From the IMG/VR virus record IMGVR_UViG_3300036760_000306, positions 52,458 through 116,457 of that record: a DNA stretch of 64,000 bases; one strand, given 5' to 3'. Of the stretch, positions 28,370-37,600 are shown one piece after another (positions within the stretch are counted from its first letter, which is position 1; the number at the start of each line of letters is the position of its first letter). The notes under the pieces are model-generated. The model saw only the letters and a program-made list of their open reading frames with translations. It was not told where the DNA came from and did not search any database. The stretch is from a virus. Made by a program: the position numbers and the translations under genes.

Positions 28370-28561
28370 ATGCCGGTCAAGAAGGTCCCACCCCACAAGA
28401 CGCTTGTGCGGAATTTGATTGCCTCGAAGAAGCTCAAACCAGCGGAACAGACAGCCTTTGAAAAGCTGGCGGACAAATTCACGCCCACCTACGAACTCAA
28501 TACCCACGAAAAGCTGTGGGTAGAGGCCCTGAACACCAAGTACCTAGCGAAGAAGAACTAG
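28370..28561 (+). CDS. Small basic hypothetical protein
   Basis: MPVKKVPPHK start defined by the promoter motif. Confidence 0.65.
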   Translation: MPVKKVPPHKTLVRNLIASKKLKPAEQTAFEKLADKFTPTYELNTHEKLWVEALNTKYLAKKN

Positions 28562-29265
28562 ACGTTCCCTACCGCTTCCGTTTCGAGGAGCTTGCCGGTC
28601 TTCATGAACTCGGCCAAATGCCCCATAAAGCGGGTCCCGGGGTCAATCTTCTCATTCGTGATGTTGTAGTGCCCGATGGCACCCCGGACCAGCGCCAAAG
28701 CCACAACGCCTGGGGTGGTGCAGACATCCTTGGCGTACCCCTGGAGGGCCTCAGTCATGGCCTTGTTGAGCGCACAGGCTGTTGCGGTCTGAGCCGGGTA
28801 AAAGTCGTAGCACTTCAATTTCTTACCGTGCAGCACCGTGTCGTAGGCTGGCCGGGGGCCAAGCGGCGGCTTCCGCTGCTTGGGCTCCATCCACAGGGTA
28901 CCCATGCGTCGGATCCCAGCGTTGACGATTTCCACGCCCCAAGACCGGGAATTGGCGATACCCGCGTCGGCGGTATCGACCACGGTGGGGTCGCAGAACT
29001 GGTACAGCACGCCGAACGGGGAGATTGCGAACTCCACCCCGAGCTTCCGGGTTCGCAGCGTTTCCACCATGGTTTCAACGGAGTTCTCGGATCCGGTCCA
29101 GTGGAACACCCCGAGATCAATCGGTTTTACCCTCTTTTTGTTGTACCCGTCGCCCGCCTTGAATTCGACCTTGTGGTCTTGCGGTCCCAGCACGGGGATG
29201 GGGTGTCCGGTTACAGGGTGCAACAGGGGGTAGACTTTTCCGCCAATCAGTATGCCTTGAGCCAT
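28558..29265 (-). CDS. N-acetylmuramoyl-L-alanine amidase (Amidase_2), probable endolysin
   Basis: VFHWT, NSRSWGVEIVN, Q, GHY.....K.DPG. Confidence 0.85.
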   Translation of the reverse strand: MAQGILIGGKVYPLLHPVTGHPIPVLGPQDHKVEFKAGDGYNKKRVKPIDLGVFHWTGSENSVETMVETLRTRKLGVEFAISPFGVLYQFCDPTVVDTADAGIANSRSWGVEIVNAGIRRMGTLWMEPKQRKPPLGPRPAYDTVLHGKKLKCYDFYPAQTATACALNKAMTEALQGYAKDVCTTPGVVALALVRGAIGHYNITNEKIDPGTRFMGHLAEFMKTGKLLETEAVGNV

Positions 29266-29598
29266 GCATGTGCTGGCTCATCAAAAGAAACCGTCGTCCG
29301 GCGGTGTAACTGAGGCCCAGGCCCGACCGACGTACAGACCACAACCGTTGGCCAGTGTTGGATGCAGCGTTACGGCTTCACATGGCTACCACGGGTGCTG
29401 GCGATCCTGTGCTTGAGCAAGCGGAAATGGTCGAATGGCTCCAATACCGCGTACTTAGTTGGACCCCAGGCAGCCTGTTATCAGCACCGTTTGACAACGC
29501 GGTCCTAGCTTTACTGCTAGCGACTATTCAAGAAGCACGATTATCTGCCGATAAAATCTAGTCTTTTCGGGTAGTTACAAAATAGTTTCAGAGGGCGC

Positions 29599-29655
29599 TT
29601 GACAATGGTGTGTTTTGGACACAATTTACCCGTACAGATGGTGTCCAAAGCACAC
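29599..29655 (+). promoter_or_regulatory. TTGACA -35 box plus two NrtR-type operators (GTGT-N7-ACAC)
   Basis: TTGACA at 29599-29604; GTGTGTTTTGGACAC at 29608-29622 and GTGTCCAAAGCACAC at 29641-29655 are inverted copies (14/15 identical). GT-N7-AC is the known NrtR box core. Confidence 0.8.
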
Positions 29656-29672
29656 TATCAAAAGAAAGCAGC

Positions 29673-30431
29673 ATGGCCTACACGTACGAATACCCGAAAG
29701 CAGACATCACGGTTGATTGCGTCCTGTTTGGGTTCAACCCTGAAGGTCTTACGTTTGACGGGACTGTCGGGCAACGGGAACTGCATCGAGGACGGCTCGA
29801 AGTGGTCCTGATCCGGCGGGGCGAAGACCCGTATCAGGGACGGTGGGCACTGCCCGGTGGCTTCATCGAGTTCCTCAAGGGCGAGACAGCCTACGAAGCG
29901 GCTCGCCGTGAGATGCAGGAGGAAACGGGCGTCACGGTTGACTACTACCTGGAACAGCTAGGGACGTTTGATGCCCCTGACAGGGATCCCCGGGGCCGCG
30001 TCTTCTCAGTGGCCCACTACGCTTTGGTCCGGTCCCAGGACCACACCACAACCAGCGGTTCGGATGCGATGGAGGCCAAGTGGGTTCCGGTTCAGGAGGC
30101 TCTAAGGGTCCCCGCCAACCAAATGGCCTTTGATCACAAGTTGATCCTAAAGACCGCTATGGATCGGCTGCAAACCAAGATCAGGTACGCGCCCGTGGGT
30201 TTCAACCTGCTGCCCAAGAAGTTCACGCTCGGTCAACTCCAAAAGCTGTACGAGGCGATTCTCTTTCGCGAGTTGGACAAGCGCAACTTCCGCAAGCGAA
30301 TCCTCGCAATGGGTGTTCTGACCGACCTTGAGTCCAGCACCACGACGAGAGGCAGACCCGCAGCGCTCTACCGCTTCAACAAAACAGCGTACGACCGAGC
30401 AGTCAAAACCGGCTTTAACTTCGAGATCTGA
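29673..30431 (+). CDS. nrtR: NrtR, Nudix-related transcriptional regulator (Nudix + wHTH)
   Basis: TVDCVLFG, WALPGGF, AARREMQEETG, LEQL.TF..P.RDPRGR, AFDH; wHTH LLP.KFTL.QLQ.LYE.IL....DKRNFRK...GRPA.LY.F. Confidence 0.92.
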   Translation: MAYTYEYPKADITVDCVLFGFNPEGLTFDGTVGQRELHRGRLEVVLIRRGEDPYQGRWALPGGFIEFLKGETAYEAARREMQEETGVTVDYYLEQLGTFDAPDRDPRGRVFSVAHYALVRSQDHTTTSGSDAMEAKWVPVQEALRVPANQMAFDHKLILKTAMDRLQTKIRYAPVGFNLLPKKFTLGQLQKLYEAILFRELDKRNFRKRILAMGVLTDLESSTTTRGRPAALYRFNKTAYDRAVKTGFNFEI

Positions 30432-30435
30432 GAAA

Positions 30436-30634
30436 ATGCCCTACCCACGTTTTAAAGGTCGGTCGCACCCCGGCTGGGGATCTTAGGTATAACGGAATTG
30501 ATCGTAAGGATAGCAGTCTAGGTTACATCTTAGATAACTGCGTCACAGCATGCCGGAACTGTAACTACGCCAAAAGGAAACTGTCCTACGAAGCGTTCAT
30601 TGAACTAGCGAAGTTGATCGCTAGTAGGTTTTAG
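30436..30634 (+). pseudogene. Internally deleted HNH homing endonuclease remnant
   Basis: Short MPYPRF.. start, then another frame reading YNGIDRKDSSLGYILDNCVTACRNCNYAK...*; ends in a TAGTAGGTTT tandem duplication. Confidence 0.7.
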
Positions 30635-30652
30635 TAGGTTTTAGGAGAGAAA

Positions 30653-32044
30653 ATGCAATTCCGAATCAATCCAATCCTACGCACTGACAGCTATAAGTCA
30701 GGGCACTGGCTCATGTACCCCGAAGGCACGGACGGTATGTTCGACCACTTTTTATCGAGAGGTGGTCGGTACGGTATGAGTCAGTGGGTCGGGATGCAAT
30801 ACATCCTGTTGACCTCGTTCACGGAGCGGGTAACAAAGAAAGATGTCGAACACGCTGCGGCTTGGCACGCCAAGCGTAATGAGCCGTTCAACTTCACAGG
30901 TTGGATGCGAGTCGTGGAAAAGCACAATGGTTACTTGCCGTTGGTAATCCGTGCAGTACCTGAAGGCATGCTGATTCCGGTTCAAAATATCCTCATGTCA
31001 GTTGAGGCAACTGACAAAGAACTATTCTGGCTGGCTTCATGGGCTGAAACTCAATTGACCCGGGTATGGTACCCAATGACAGTTTCGACCCAGGGTTGGC
31101 ACATCAAGAAGAACGTCTTGGAAGCCCTCGTTGCTTCTTCAGATGACCCTCTCGCGGAGCTGCCGTACAAATACCACGACTTCGGTGGTCGCGGTGCCGC
31201 TTGTGCAGAGGCTGCGATGATCGGTGGTATGGCGCACTGTGTGAACTGGCATGGCTCAGATACCTGTGAAGGTGTAGAGCTGGCCAATCAGTGCTATAGC
31301 ACCGACATGGCTGCTGGCAGCATTGTGGCCAGCGAGCACTCAGTTGTTGGTAGTTGGGGTCGTGGTGGAGAGCTGGATTTCTACCAGCACTACCTGGATC
31401 TCTTTGCCAAACCTGGTGCCCTCATGGCTTGCGTCTCAGATACCTGGGATGTCTTCAACGCAACGGAGAACTATTGGTGTGGTGAGTTGCTTGAGCAAAT
31501 CAAGAACTCAGGGGCAACTCTCGTAGTTCGTCCTGACTCGGGTGACCCGATCACGGTCATCATGAAGCTCTTGGAGATCTTTGAGCGTAAGGTTGGGATG
31601 AAAAAGAACATGAAGGGCTTCAAGGTCCTTCCCAAGTTCTTGCGCATGATCCAAGGCGATGGCGTTAATCATGAAGCAGTGCGTGCCATCTTGCATGAGA
31701 TGCTGTCGCACGGCTACTCGGCAAGTAACCTGGCCTTCGGGTCGGGCGGAGCAAATCTTCAGAAGGTTGATCGAGACACCATGAAGTGCGCTTACAAGTG
31801 TTCGGAAATCACCATCAACGGAGCACCCCGCAAGGTCTACAAAGATCCTGTGACTGATCCTGGTAAGCGTAGTTTCAAGGGTCGTTTAGATCTTGTTCTT
31901 CGGGATGGCGTGTTTCAAACCGTGGAAGGTAATCAACCGGACAGCCAACTCGTTGAAGTTTTCCGGGATGGGAAAGTTACCCGCCTGTTTACCTTTGAAG
32001 AGATCCGTAAGAACGCCGTTCAAGCGCTCATGGGGGCAGTCTGA
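30653..32044 (+). CDS. nadV: Nicotinamide phosphoribosyltransferase (NAMPT)
   Basis: TDSYK.GH..MYP, HDFG.RG, GSDT, ASEHS, SDTWD, VVRPDSGDP, QGDG, FGSGG, DRDT...AYK, KDPVTDPGKRS.KG; AGGAG SD. Confidence 0.95.
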   Translation: MQFRINPILRTDSYKSGHWLMYPEGTDGMFDHFLSRGGRYGMSQWVGMQYILLTSFTERVTKKDVEHAAAWHAKRNEPFNFTGWMRVVEKHNGYLPLVIRAVPEGMLIPVQNILMSVEATDKELFWLASWAETQLTRVWYPMTVSTQGWHIKKNVLEALVASSDDPLAELPYKYHDFGGRGAACAEAAMIGGMAHCVNWHGSDTCEGVELANQCYSTDMAAGSIVASEHSVVGSWGRGGELDFYQHYLDLFAKPGALMACVSDTWDVFNATENYWCGELLEQIKNSGATLVVRPDSGDPITVIMKLLEIFERKVGMKKNMKGFKVLPKFLRMIQGDGVNHEAVRAILHEMLSHGYSASNLAFGSGGANLQKVDRDTMKCAYKCSEITINGAPRKVYKDPVTDPGKRSFKGRLDLVLRDGVFQTVEGNQPDSQLVEVFRDGKVTRLFTFEEIRKNAVQALMGAV

Positions 32045-33258
32045 TGACCTGGAGTGACAAAGAACTTGAAAACGAGAGGCCAAAAACCTACGGGGATATT
32101 TCAAAATCCATATCTGACGATGAACTGTTGATACAGCAAGCTATCCAAGACCTTCGACCAAGGTTGGTGGATCTTCCAGTCCGGGTTTATGTGGCGGCAT
32201 CCGGGGCTGGTGCGGGGATTCAACAACTTCTGTGGCAAACACCTGGAGCGTCGGCGTATCTTGTGGGGGCTACGTTCCCGTATTCCCCACAAGATACAGA
32301 AGATTTCCTCGGGTTCCGTCCACGACACTTTGTTTGTCTTGAGACTGCTATTGATTTAGCGATCTCGGCCTATCTTAAAGCCGATAACGGGGATTCAAAC
32401 CGTACCCCTATTGGGCTTGGGCTCACAGCTTCGGTTGCCACGACAGTAGAACACCGGGGAGATCACCGTATTTACGCGGTGGTGATCTCAAAGGATCGGG
32501 TTCTAGCCTCTGAACTGACATTACTCAAACAAGGCAGCATGGCTCGGGCCTATGATGGTCGTACTGCCGATGCAATCGGCCTAGAGCTTCTGAACGCCGC
32601 CGCCTATGTGACAAGCGAGGCCGAACGTCTTGTTTACCGTGAAACCACAAAGAACTGTACGGGTGGTAGTTTGCTCAAAGACATCACCCAAGAAGCTCGT
32701 GCTCACTTCTTGAGGAGGCCGTTGTTCACCCGTTACGGTAAACGGCTCGAAATCCCCGTAGGTAATCACACCTCGCTCGACCCCGTTAAAAATCATCTTA
32801 CGTTATTCCCTGGTAACTTCGATCCACCCCATGAAGGGCACTTCGCCAGTGCAGGGGAAGACGTATTGTTTCAGATCACCGCGAATCCGCCACACAAGCC
32901 AGGTTTGAGCCTCCCCGACATGCTGGGTCGGGTTCGCCACTTCCGGAACAAACGGGACGTGTTGTTTCTGGAAGGTGGGGCGCTCTACCTTGACAAGGCC
33001 CGGCGGTTCCCTGGCTCAACCATCATTCTGGGGACCGACGCCCTAGAACGGATGCTCGACCCCAAGTGGGGCGTGGAAGTTCTGCCCTTGTTGACCGAGT
33101 TTCGGGAGCTGGGGACTAGGTTCAGGGTTGGGGTACGAGAGGGAGCTGATTTCGGACAACTCCAGATCCCGGCAGACTTCCGGGCCATGTTCACCGAGCT
33201 ACCAAAAACCCCCTACGCGGGCTTGAGTTCGACGCAGATCCGGGCATCCGCCGATTAG
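32044..33258 (+). CDS. PncC/CinA-like domain fused to an HxGH nucleotidyltransferase (NMNAT-like)
   Basis: N-terminal AASGAG...TPGASAYL.G...PYS (CinA-like); C-terminal FPGNFDPPHEGH, LGTD, LSSTQIR; translationally coupled to nadV. Confidence 0.75.
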   Translation: MTWSDKELENERPKTYGDISKSISDDELLIQQAIQDLRPRLVDLPVRVYVAASGAGAGIQQLLWQTPGASAYLVGATFPYSPQDTEDFLGFRPRHFVCLETAIDLAISAYLKADNGDSNRTPIGLGLTASVATTVEHRGDHRIYAVVISKDRVLASELTLLKQGSMARAYDGRTADAIGLELLNAAAYVTSEAERLVYRETTKNCTGGSLLKDITQEARAHFLRRPLFTRYGKRLEIPVGNHTSLDPVKNHLTLFPGNFDPPHEGHFASAGEDVLFQITANPPHKPGLSLPDMLGRVRHFRNKRDVLFLEGGALYLDKARRFPGSTIILGTDALERMLDPKWGVEVLPLLTEFRELGTRFRVGVREGADFGQLQIPADFRAMFTELPKTPYAGLSSTQIRASAD

Positions 33259-33905
33259 GCCTCGTCATCTGCGTCATCTAGGGCAGCCCACAAGCCACCT
33301 CCGCTGCCTCTGAACTGATTCTTCGTCATACGTTGAAGGGGTGTGATGGTCTTGAACATGTCTTCACGACCAACATCGTCTGGCACGGTCAGTGTAAAAA
33401 GCATTACGGAATGAGTTTCATCCAGTAGGGTCAGCAGGCGGAGGCCTTCTTTGGGGGCTGGATCGAGGATGAAGCTGAGCCGCCAAACCCCTCCGCCCGC
33501 ACCCTGCTGGTTTTGAAACCCGGTCGCCACGTGGTAAGGCTCGTTCGGAAATGGCTGCTGCGGCTCCTCATCATCAAGGTATGAGTAAGACACATCAATG
33601 AAAGGGCGTGCCCTTCCGATCCTTGTGTAGTCCCGCTCTCTAAGCGCTTGTGCTGCCCGTTCTCTAGCTTCTGCAAGCCGCTCGAAGGTCCGCTTCCCGG
33701 GCAGGATTGTCTCCATGTACTCGTGGGTACCCTGGGCCACTTTCGCTTTTGGGCTAGCCGTGTAGCTGACTTTTCGATTCTGGGGGTGCTCTTGGTGTAG
33801 TAACCCATTAACCTTCCCCTGAATCCCCATGGTCCGGATCACAACAACCGTCGGGCATTCTTCGGGATGTAGTCGGACAGGCCTGCGTGTGACATCAATG
33901 AGCAT
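33255..33905 (-). CDS. Hypothetical protein (ends LWAALDDADDE, tag-like)
   Basis: GGTGTA-N9-ATG. Confidence 0.7.
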   Translation of the reverse strand: MLIDVTRRPVRLHPEECPTVVVIRTMGIQGKVNGLLHQEHPQNRKVSYTASPKAKVAQGTHEYMETILPGKRTFERLAEARERAAQALRERDYTRIGRARPFIDVSYSYLDDEEPQQPFPNEPYHVATGFQNQQGAGGGVWRLSFILDPAPKEGLRLLTLLDETHSVMLFTLTVPDDVGREDMFKTITPLQRMTKNQFRGSGGGLWAALDDADDEA

Positions 33906-33929
33906 CCCCTGTACTACACCGAGCGGCCT

Positions 33930-34490
33930 ATGACTAAACCCAAAGACCTACGGACAAACGAATTTATACGAGCTTGGGGCGTCAAAGAGGTACCCACAGC
34001 ATCGGTGTCCCACGGGACGGTACGGCCGGGCGTTTACCCGGCGTTCGCAATGCTGGCCTGGGTAGAGCAGCGGAAGGTCGGCTGGCCCGTTGTTGGGGTC
34101 CGCCTAACCCTGCTTCAACACGGGCTAGACAAGCCCGCTGGCGGGCTCACGATGGGGCTACCTCTCACGCCAAAGAGCGAGCGGCACGTCTGCTGCTTCC
34201 TGCAAGATCTGGGCTGGGACGGGCGTTGTTGGCCCTACAAGGACCACGGGTGGCCAGAGGGCACACCCGATGAAGACGGTCTGCTACGCCTGCTCAAGGC
34301 GGCCAAGCTTGGGGCTACCCTGACGTTCCCATCGGATCCCGAGAAAGGGACCCCGACGGTCCGGATCCCGGTGCTGCAACGGAGCGGCACGTTCTCGGTA
34401 GCGCCCTTTGGGGAAGTGATACCCCGGCATCTTGACGCCCTCCGGACTCTTGCGGCGAATCCCACCCCTTTCAAATCGGACTGGGTATGA
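33930..34490 (+). CDS. Hypothetical protein
   Basis: ATGA-coupled to the NADAR gene. Confidence 0.65.
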   Translation: MTKPKDLRTNEFIRAWGVKEVPTASVSHGTVRPGVYPAFAMLAWVEQRKVGWPVVGVRLTLLQHGLDKPAGGLTMGLPLTPKSERHVCCFLQDLGWDGRCWPYKDHGWPEGTPDEDGLLRLLKAAKLGATLTFPSDPEKGTPTVRIPVLQRSGTFSVAPFGEVIPRHLDALRTLAANPTPFKSDWV

Positions 34491-35008
34491 CCATCAAATT
34501 TTACGGCAAGACCAACCCCCAGTACAGTTGGCTCTCGAACTTCCATGTGGCGATCTTCACGCTCCAGGGGCACCAATGGGGTTCGACGGAACACTGGTAT
34601 CAGGCGATGAAGTCTGAGGACCCCGAGGTTCAGCTCCAGATCCGAAGTGCCGCGACTCCAGGACAGGCTAAGCGCCTGGGTTCCAAGTGCGAGCGGCGTG
34701 CCGATTGGGAAGAACCTGTCGGTACCCCACAGTTGCACGACATGTTCCGAGACCCGCAGGGTATCGTGGTGGAACTCGTGAAGGACCACTTCATGTACAC
34801 GGCATTGATCGCGAAGTTCACGCAACGCCCAGAGCTGCGCGATGCCTTGATCCAAACAGGCACCGAGGAACTGCAAGAGGTATCGCCCAAAGACCACTAC
34901 TGGGGCCTGGGGGCCGATGGCTCGGGTCAGAACAAGCTCGGGCGGATGCTCCAGCTCGTGCGGGCCAAACTTCCGAATCGCTTGGTCAGCGCAAACGCTG
35001 AGCCGTGA
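34487..35008 (+). CDS. NADAR (YbiA/DUF1768) family hydrolase
   Basis: LSNF, STEHWYQAMK, AKRLG, DW, KFTQ...L...L..TG, D.YWG.G..G.GQNKLG..L..VR. Confidence 0.92.
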   Translation: MTIKFYGKTNPQYSWLSNFHVAIFTLQGHQWGSTEHWYQAMKSEDPEVQLQIRSAATPGQAKRLGSKCERRADWEEPVGTPQLHDMFRDPQGIVVELVKDHFMYTALIAKFTQRPELRDALIQTGTEELQEVSPKDHYWGLGADGSGQNKLGRMLQLVRAKLPNRLVSANAEP

Positions 35009-35261
35009 AGCCGTTCAGGTAGACCTTCGCCTGGGCCCCGCCGAGTGTCCCAACTTGGATGTACGCCTTGCTGCAAGGGACCGAGACGATCTCTGTGTCT
35101 CGAAGAACCCCGCGAGACGCTAGATCGATCAAGACATCCACGGGTTGTGTGAATCCGGAGGGCCATCGAATGTACAGGCGATCCCCGGGCATGAGCGCTG
35201 CCCCATCGAGGCTGTCATAATACCCGTCGTCTGACTGAACAGTCACTACCTTGCTCGCCAA
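34986..35261 (-). CDS. Hypothetical protein
   Basis: GAGG SD and TTG start. Confidence 0.5.
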   Translation of the reverse strand: MASKVVTVQSDDGYYDSLDGAALMPGDRLYIRWPSGFTQPVDVLIDLASRGVLRDTEIVSVPCSKAYIQVGTLGGAQAKVYLNGFTAQRLR

Positions 35262-35278
35262 AAGTAACCCTCAAAGAC

Positions 35279-35725
35279 TCAGGACAGCATACTCTTGCTT
35301 ACGTAGGTACGGTACAATTTAGCTTCCCACAGAGGTATGACCGACGACGTCGCACTCTCACTGTTATCGACGTGCATGGCTACAAAGTCGGCCCAGAAAG
35401 CAGGCCAGTTAGTCTGGTACTCTTTGATCACCCAAGGGGTCAAGAACCCCCGCACCTCATTAAGTCTCTCCATGGACTCTTCAAGCATTGGAGGGAAAGC
35501 CAGTTCTTGGAATCGCAACACCCAGGCCGAACAGACCAGCAGCCGAAACAGCACGAACACGGGATCTGCGACCATCCGAGACCGGCTAATCTGGCGTTCG
35601 GTTTCAAGATCACTACGCACCCGATCGTCACACCCGTAGGGGCATTCACCATCGGACATGCAAAAACCGTCCAACGATAAGGGGCACTCCCCGAACGCCG
35701 TTTTCGAGGTTCCTTTCGCGTCCAT
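35279..35725 (-). CDS. Hypothetical protein
   Basis: AAGGA SD; operon-like spacing. Confidence 0.6.
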   Translation of the reverse strand: MDAKGTSKTAFGECPLSLDGFCMSDGECPYGCDDRVRSDLETERQISRSRMVADPVFVLFRLLVCSAWVLRFQELAFPPMLEESMERLNEVRGFLTPWVIKEYQTNWPAFWADFVAMHVDNSESATSSVIPLWEAKLYRTYVSKSMLS

Positions 35726-35728
35726 TGC

Positions 35729-36001
35729 CTATTCCTTCGGGGTGCGTGGTGGTTTGACAACCGGCATAGGTCCAGCCGGAGTTGGGATCCGGACTGCGGG
35801 TATACCACGGGGCGGTGTTAGTGGGCGTAACGTAGCACGATCATGCTCATTCTCGCCCCCACGTTTGAACGCTTCGAGCAGACCTCGGGTCACCACGGAC
35901 TCGACTTCAACCGATAGGTATTCCTGCGTTACACGGGCTTCTTGAGCCACAGCGTGGAGCACAATCTCAATGATGTCAGCAATTTGATTATGCGCAGTCA
36001 T
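35729..36001 (-). CDS. Hypothetical protein
   Basis: MTAHNQ start; Pro-rich tail. Confidence 0.55.
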   Translation of the reverse strand: MTAHNQIADIIEIVLHAVAQEARVTQEYLSVEVESVVTRGLLEAFKRGGENEHDRATLRPLTPPRGIPAVRIPTPAGPMPVVKPPRTPKE

Positions 36002-36091
36002 GGCCGGTCTTTCCCGGCAGTCATGCACGGACTTGAGTCGTCGGGATGGCCGCTCGACACACCAGACGCGACCGTGCAAAGGGCGTGCTGG

Positions 36092-37276
36092 CTAAGCTTG
36101 TTGCCCCCATCGTGCTTTGGCTTGTGCTTCAACTTGCGACTCCAATTCACGAGGGTTGTTGGCTAGTTCAGGATCCTGCAACAGAAGCGCCCTAGCCATA
36201 GGCATCAGCGCCCCCCGATCCTGCCCTTTGATCCCGTACGTCTCGAACAGGCGCACCTGATCTAACTCTGGCTTCTTCAGCATTTCAAGAAAACGCTTCT
36301 CAAAGGCGGGGTCATCTGCATGGGATAATAGAATTTCTCTGAGTCGCACAAGCCCACTCGGCGACAAGAACGACACGGGGGTGCGAACCGTCCACCCCAG
36401 ATCCAGAAGGTCTAGTAGTAAGTGGATCTCTTGTTCTGGGAGCCCACGGCTGAGTGCTGTGGCGAACCCTGGTTCTGCTGCAAGCATTTCCTTGAGCACT
36501 TCTCCGAGCCCCAGATCATGCAGCAGCTCCACTGACCGGCGGGGCTGCGGGGACTCCAAGATATCTTCGACCAGGATCTTGCGAACCGCGTCCCAAGGCA
36601 TCTGCTTTAGTTTGTGAGCGTTCTGCTGGATGCTCGTCCGCACATCGGGCGAGATTTTGAACCCGTACTTCGCCACGAACTTAACGGCGCGAAGCATTCT
36701 GGTAGGGTCGTCTGAGAACGTCTTGTCGGGATCCACCGGAGTGGTGAGCAGGCGGTCCTCAAGGTGTTGTCGGCCTGAGCCGAGCAGATCCAAGACCTCA
36801 GCGCGATCCGGCCCGTGTTCCAGGTCCAGAAGACGCCAGAGCAGCGTGTTAAACGTGAATTCACGACGCTGCAAGTCCTCTTGGATGGTCGCGGGTTCGA
36901 CCATGTGCGGCTTGTAGCCTTTGCCCGAAGGGTCGCCGTAGCTCTCCTTACGAGCGTTGGCGATCTCCAGGACTTCGCCCTTCATCTCGTGCCCGTCAAG
37001 AAGCCACGTGTCCGCGACCGTGAGGATCGCCACCCCATATTGGTTAGTCGTCAGGTTCGTGCGAGCCGGAATGACCCGTTGAAGCTGTTCCGCGAACCAC
37101 GCCGAGTCCTTCTTGCCGCCGAGTGCTACGGAATCGACCACCACGTCCACATCTTTGGGCGCAAGCCCCATCAGGTGGTTCCGCACAGCTCCGCCTACGA
37201 CGTAGACGTGTTCGCCAACCCCAAGGCGTTTGGTGGCCAGGGACAGGAAGCGTAAGAGTGCCGTTATTTTTGTCAT
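36092..37276 (-). CDS. cca: Class II tRNA nucleotidyltransferase (CCA-adding/poly(A) polymerase family)
   Basis: VVGGAVRN, DVDVV, ARKESY, EDLQRREFTFN, FSDDPTRMLRAVKF. Confidence 0.88.
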   Translation of the reverse strand: MTKITALLRFLSLATKRLGVGEHVYVVGGAVRNHLMGLAPKDVDVVVDSVALGGKKDSAWFAEQLQRVIPARTNLTTNQYGVAILTVADTWLLDGHEMKGEVLEIANARKESYGDPSGKGYKPHMVEPATIQEDLQRREFTFNTLLWRLLDLEHGPDRAEVLDLLGSGRQHLEDRLLTTPVDPDKTFSDDPTRMLRAVKFVAKYGFKISPDVRTSIQQNAHKLKQMPWDAVRKILVEDILESPQPRRSVELLHDLGLGEVLKEMLAAEPGFATALSRGLPEQEIHLLLDLLDLGWTVRTPVSFLSPSGLVRLREILLSHADDPAFEKRFLEMLKKPELDQVRLFETYGIKGQDRGALMPMARALLLQDPELANNPRELESQVEAQAKARWGQQA

Positions 37277-37304
37277 GTGCCTACTCTATTGAAAAGGAAA
37301 AACC

Positions 37305-37505
37305 ATGCCCCCCAAACCGCCACCTACGCCACCTCAAGCTCTTTGGCCCGCTTGGGAGTACAAAGCGATGACCCTGGACCCTAAGTATGTTGCGGATGCT
37401 GAGCGTGTCCTTAATAACCTGGGTGAACAAGGCTGGGAGTTAGTGTCTATGGTCACGGACTCAGGTAAGGCAATCGCGACCATGAAGCGTAAGAAGCGGG
37501 CTTGA
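37305..37505 (+). CDS. DUF4177-like small protein
   Basis: WEYK...LNNLGEQGWELVS...MKR. Confidence 0.8.
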   Translation: MPPKPPPTPPQALWPAWEYKAMTLDPKYVADAERVLNNLGEQGWELVSMVTDSGKAIATMKRKKRA

Positions 37506-37600
37506 TCCCGCACTTGTACTACACCGGCTGCCATAAGACCAGCGGAAATGCGCAAAATGATTTTCTGGACACTAAGGGGGGGTTCGGTGTAAGCATGGTT

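Noticed and set aside
29355-29561. 68 aa ORF upstream of the nrtR promoter
   Set aside because: Weak start, no motif and atypical codon usage; cannot be supported as a gene.
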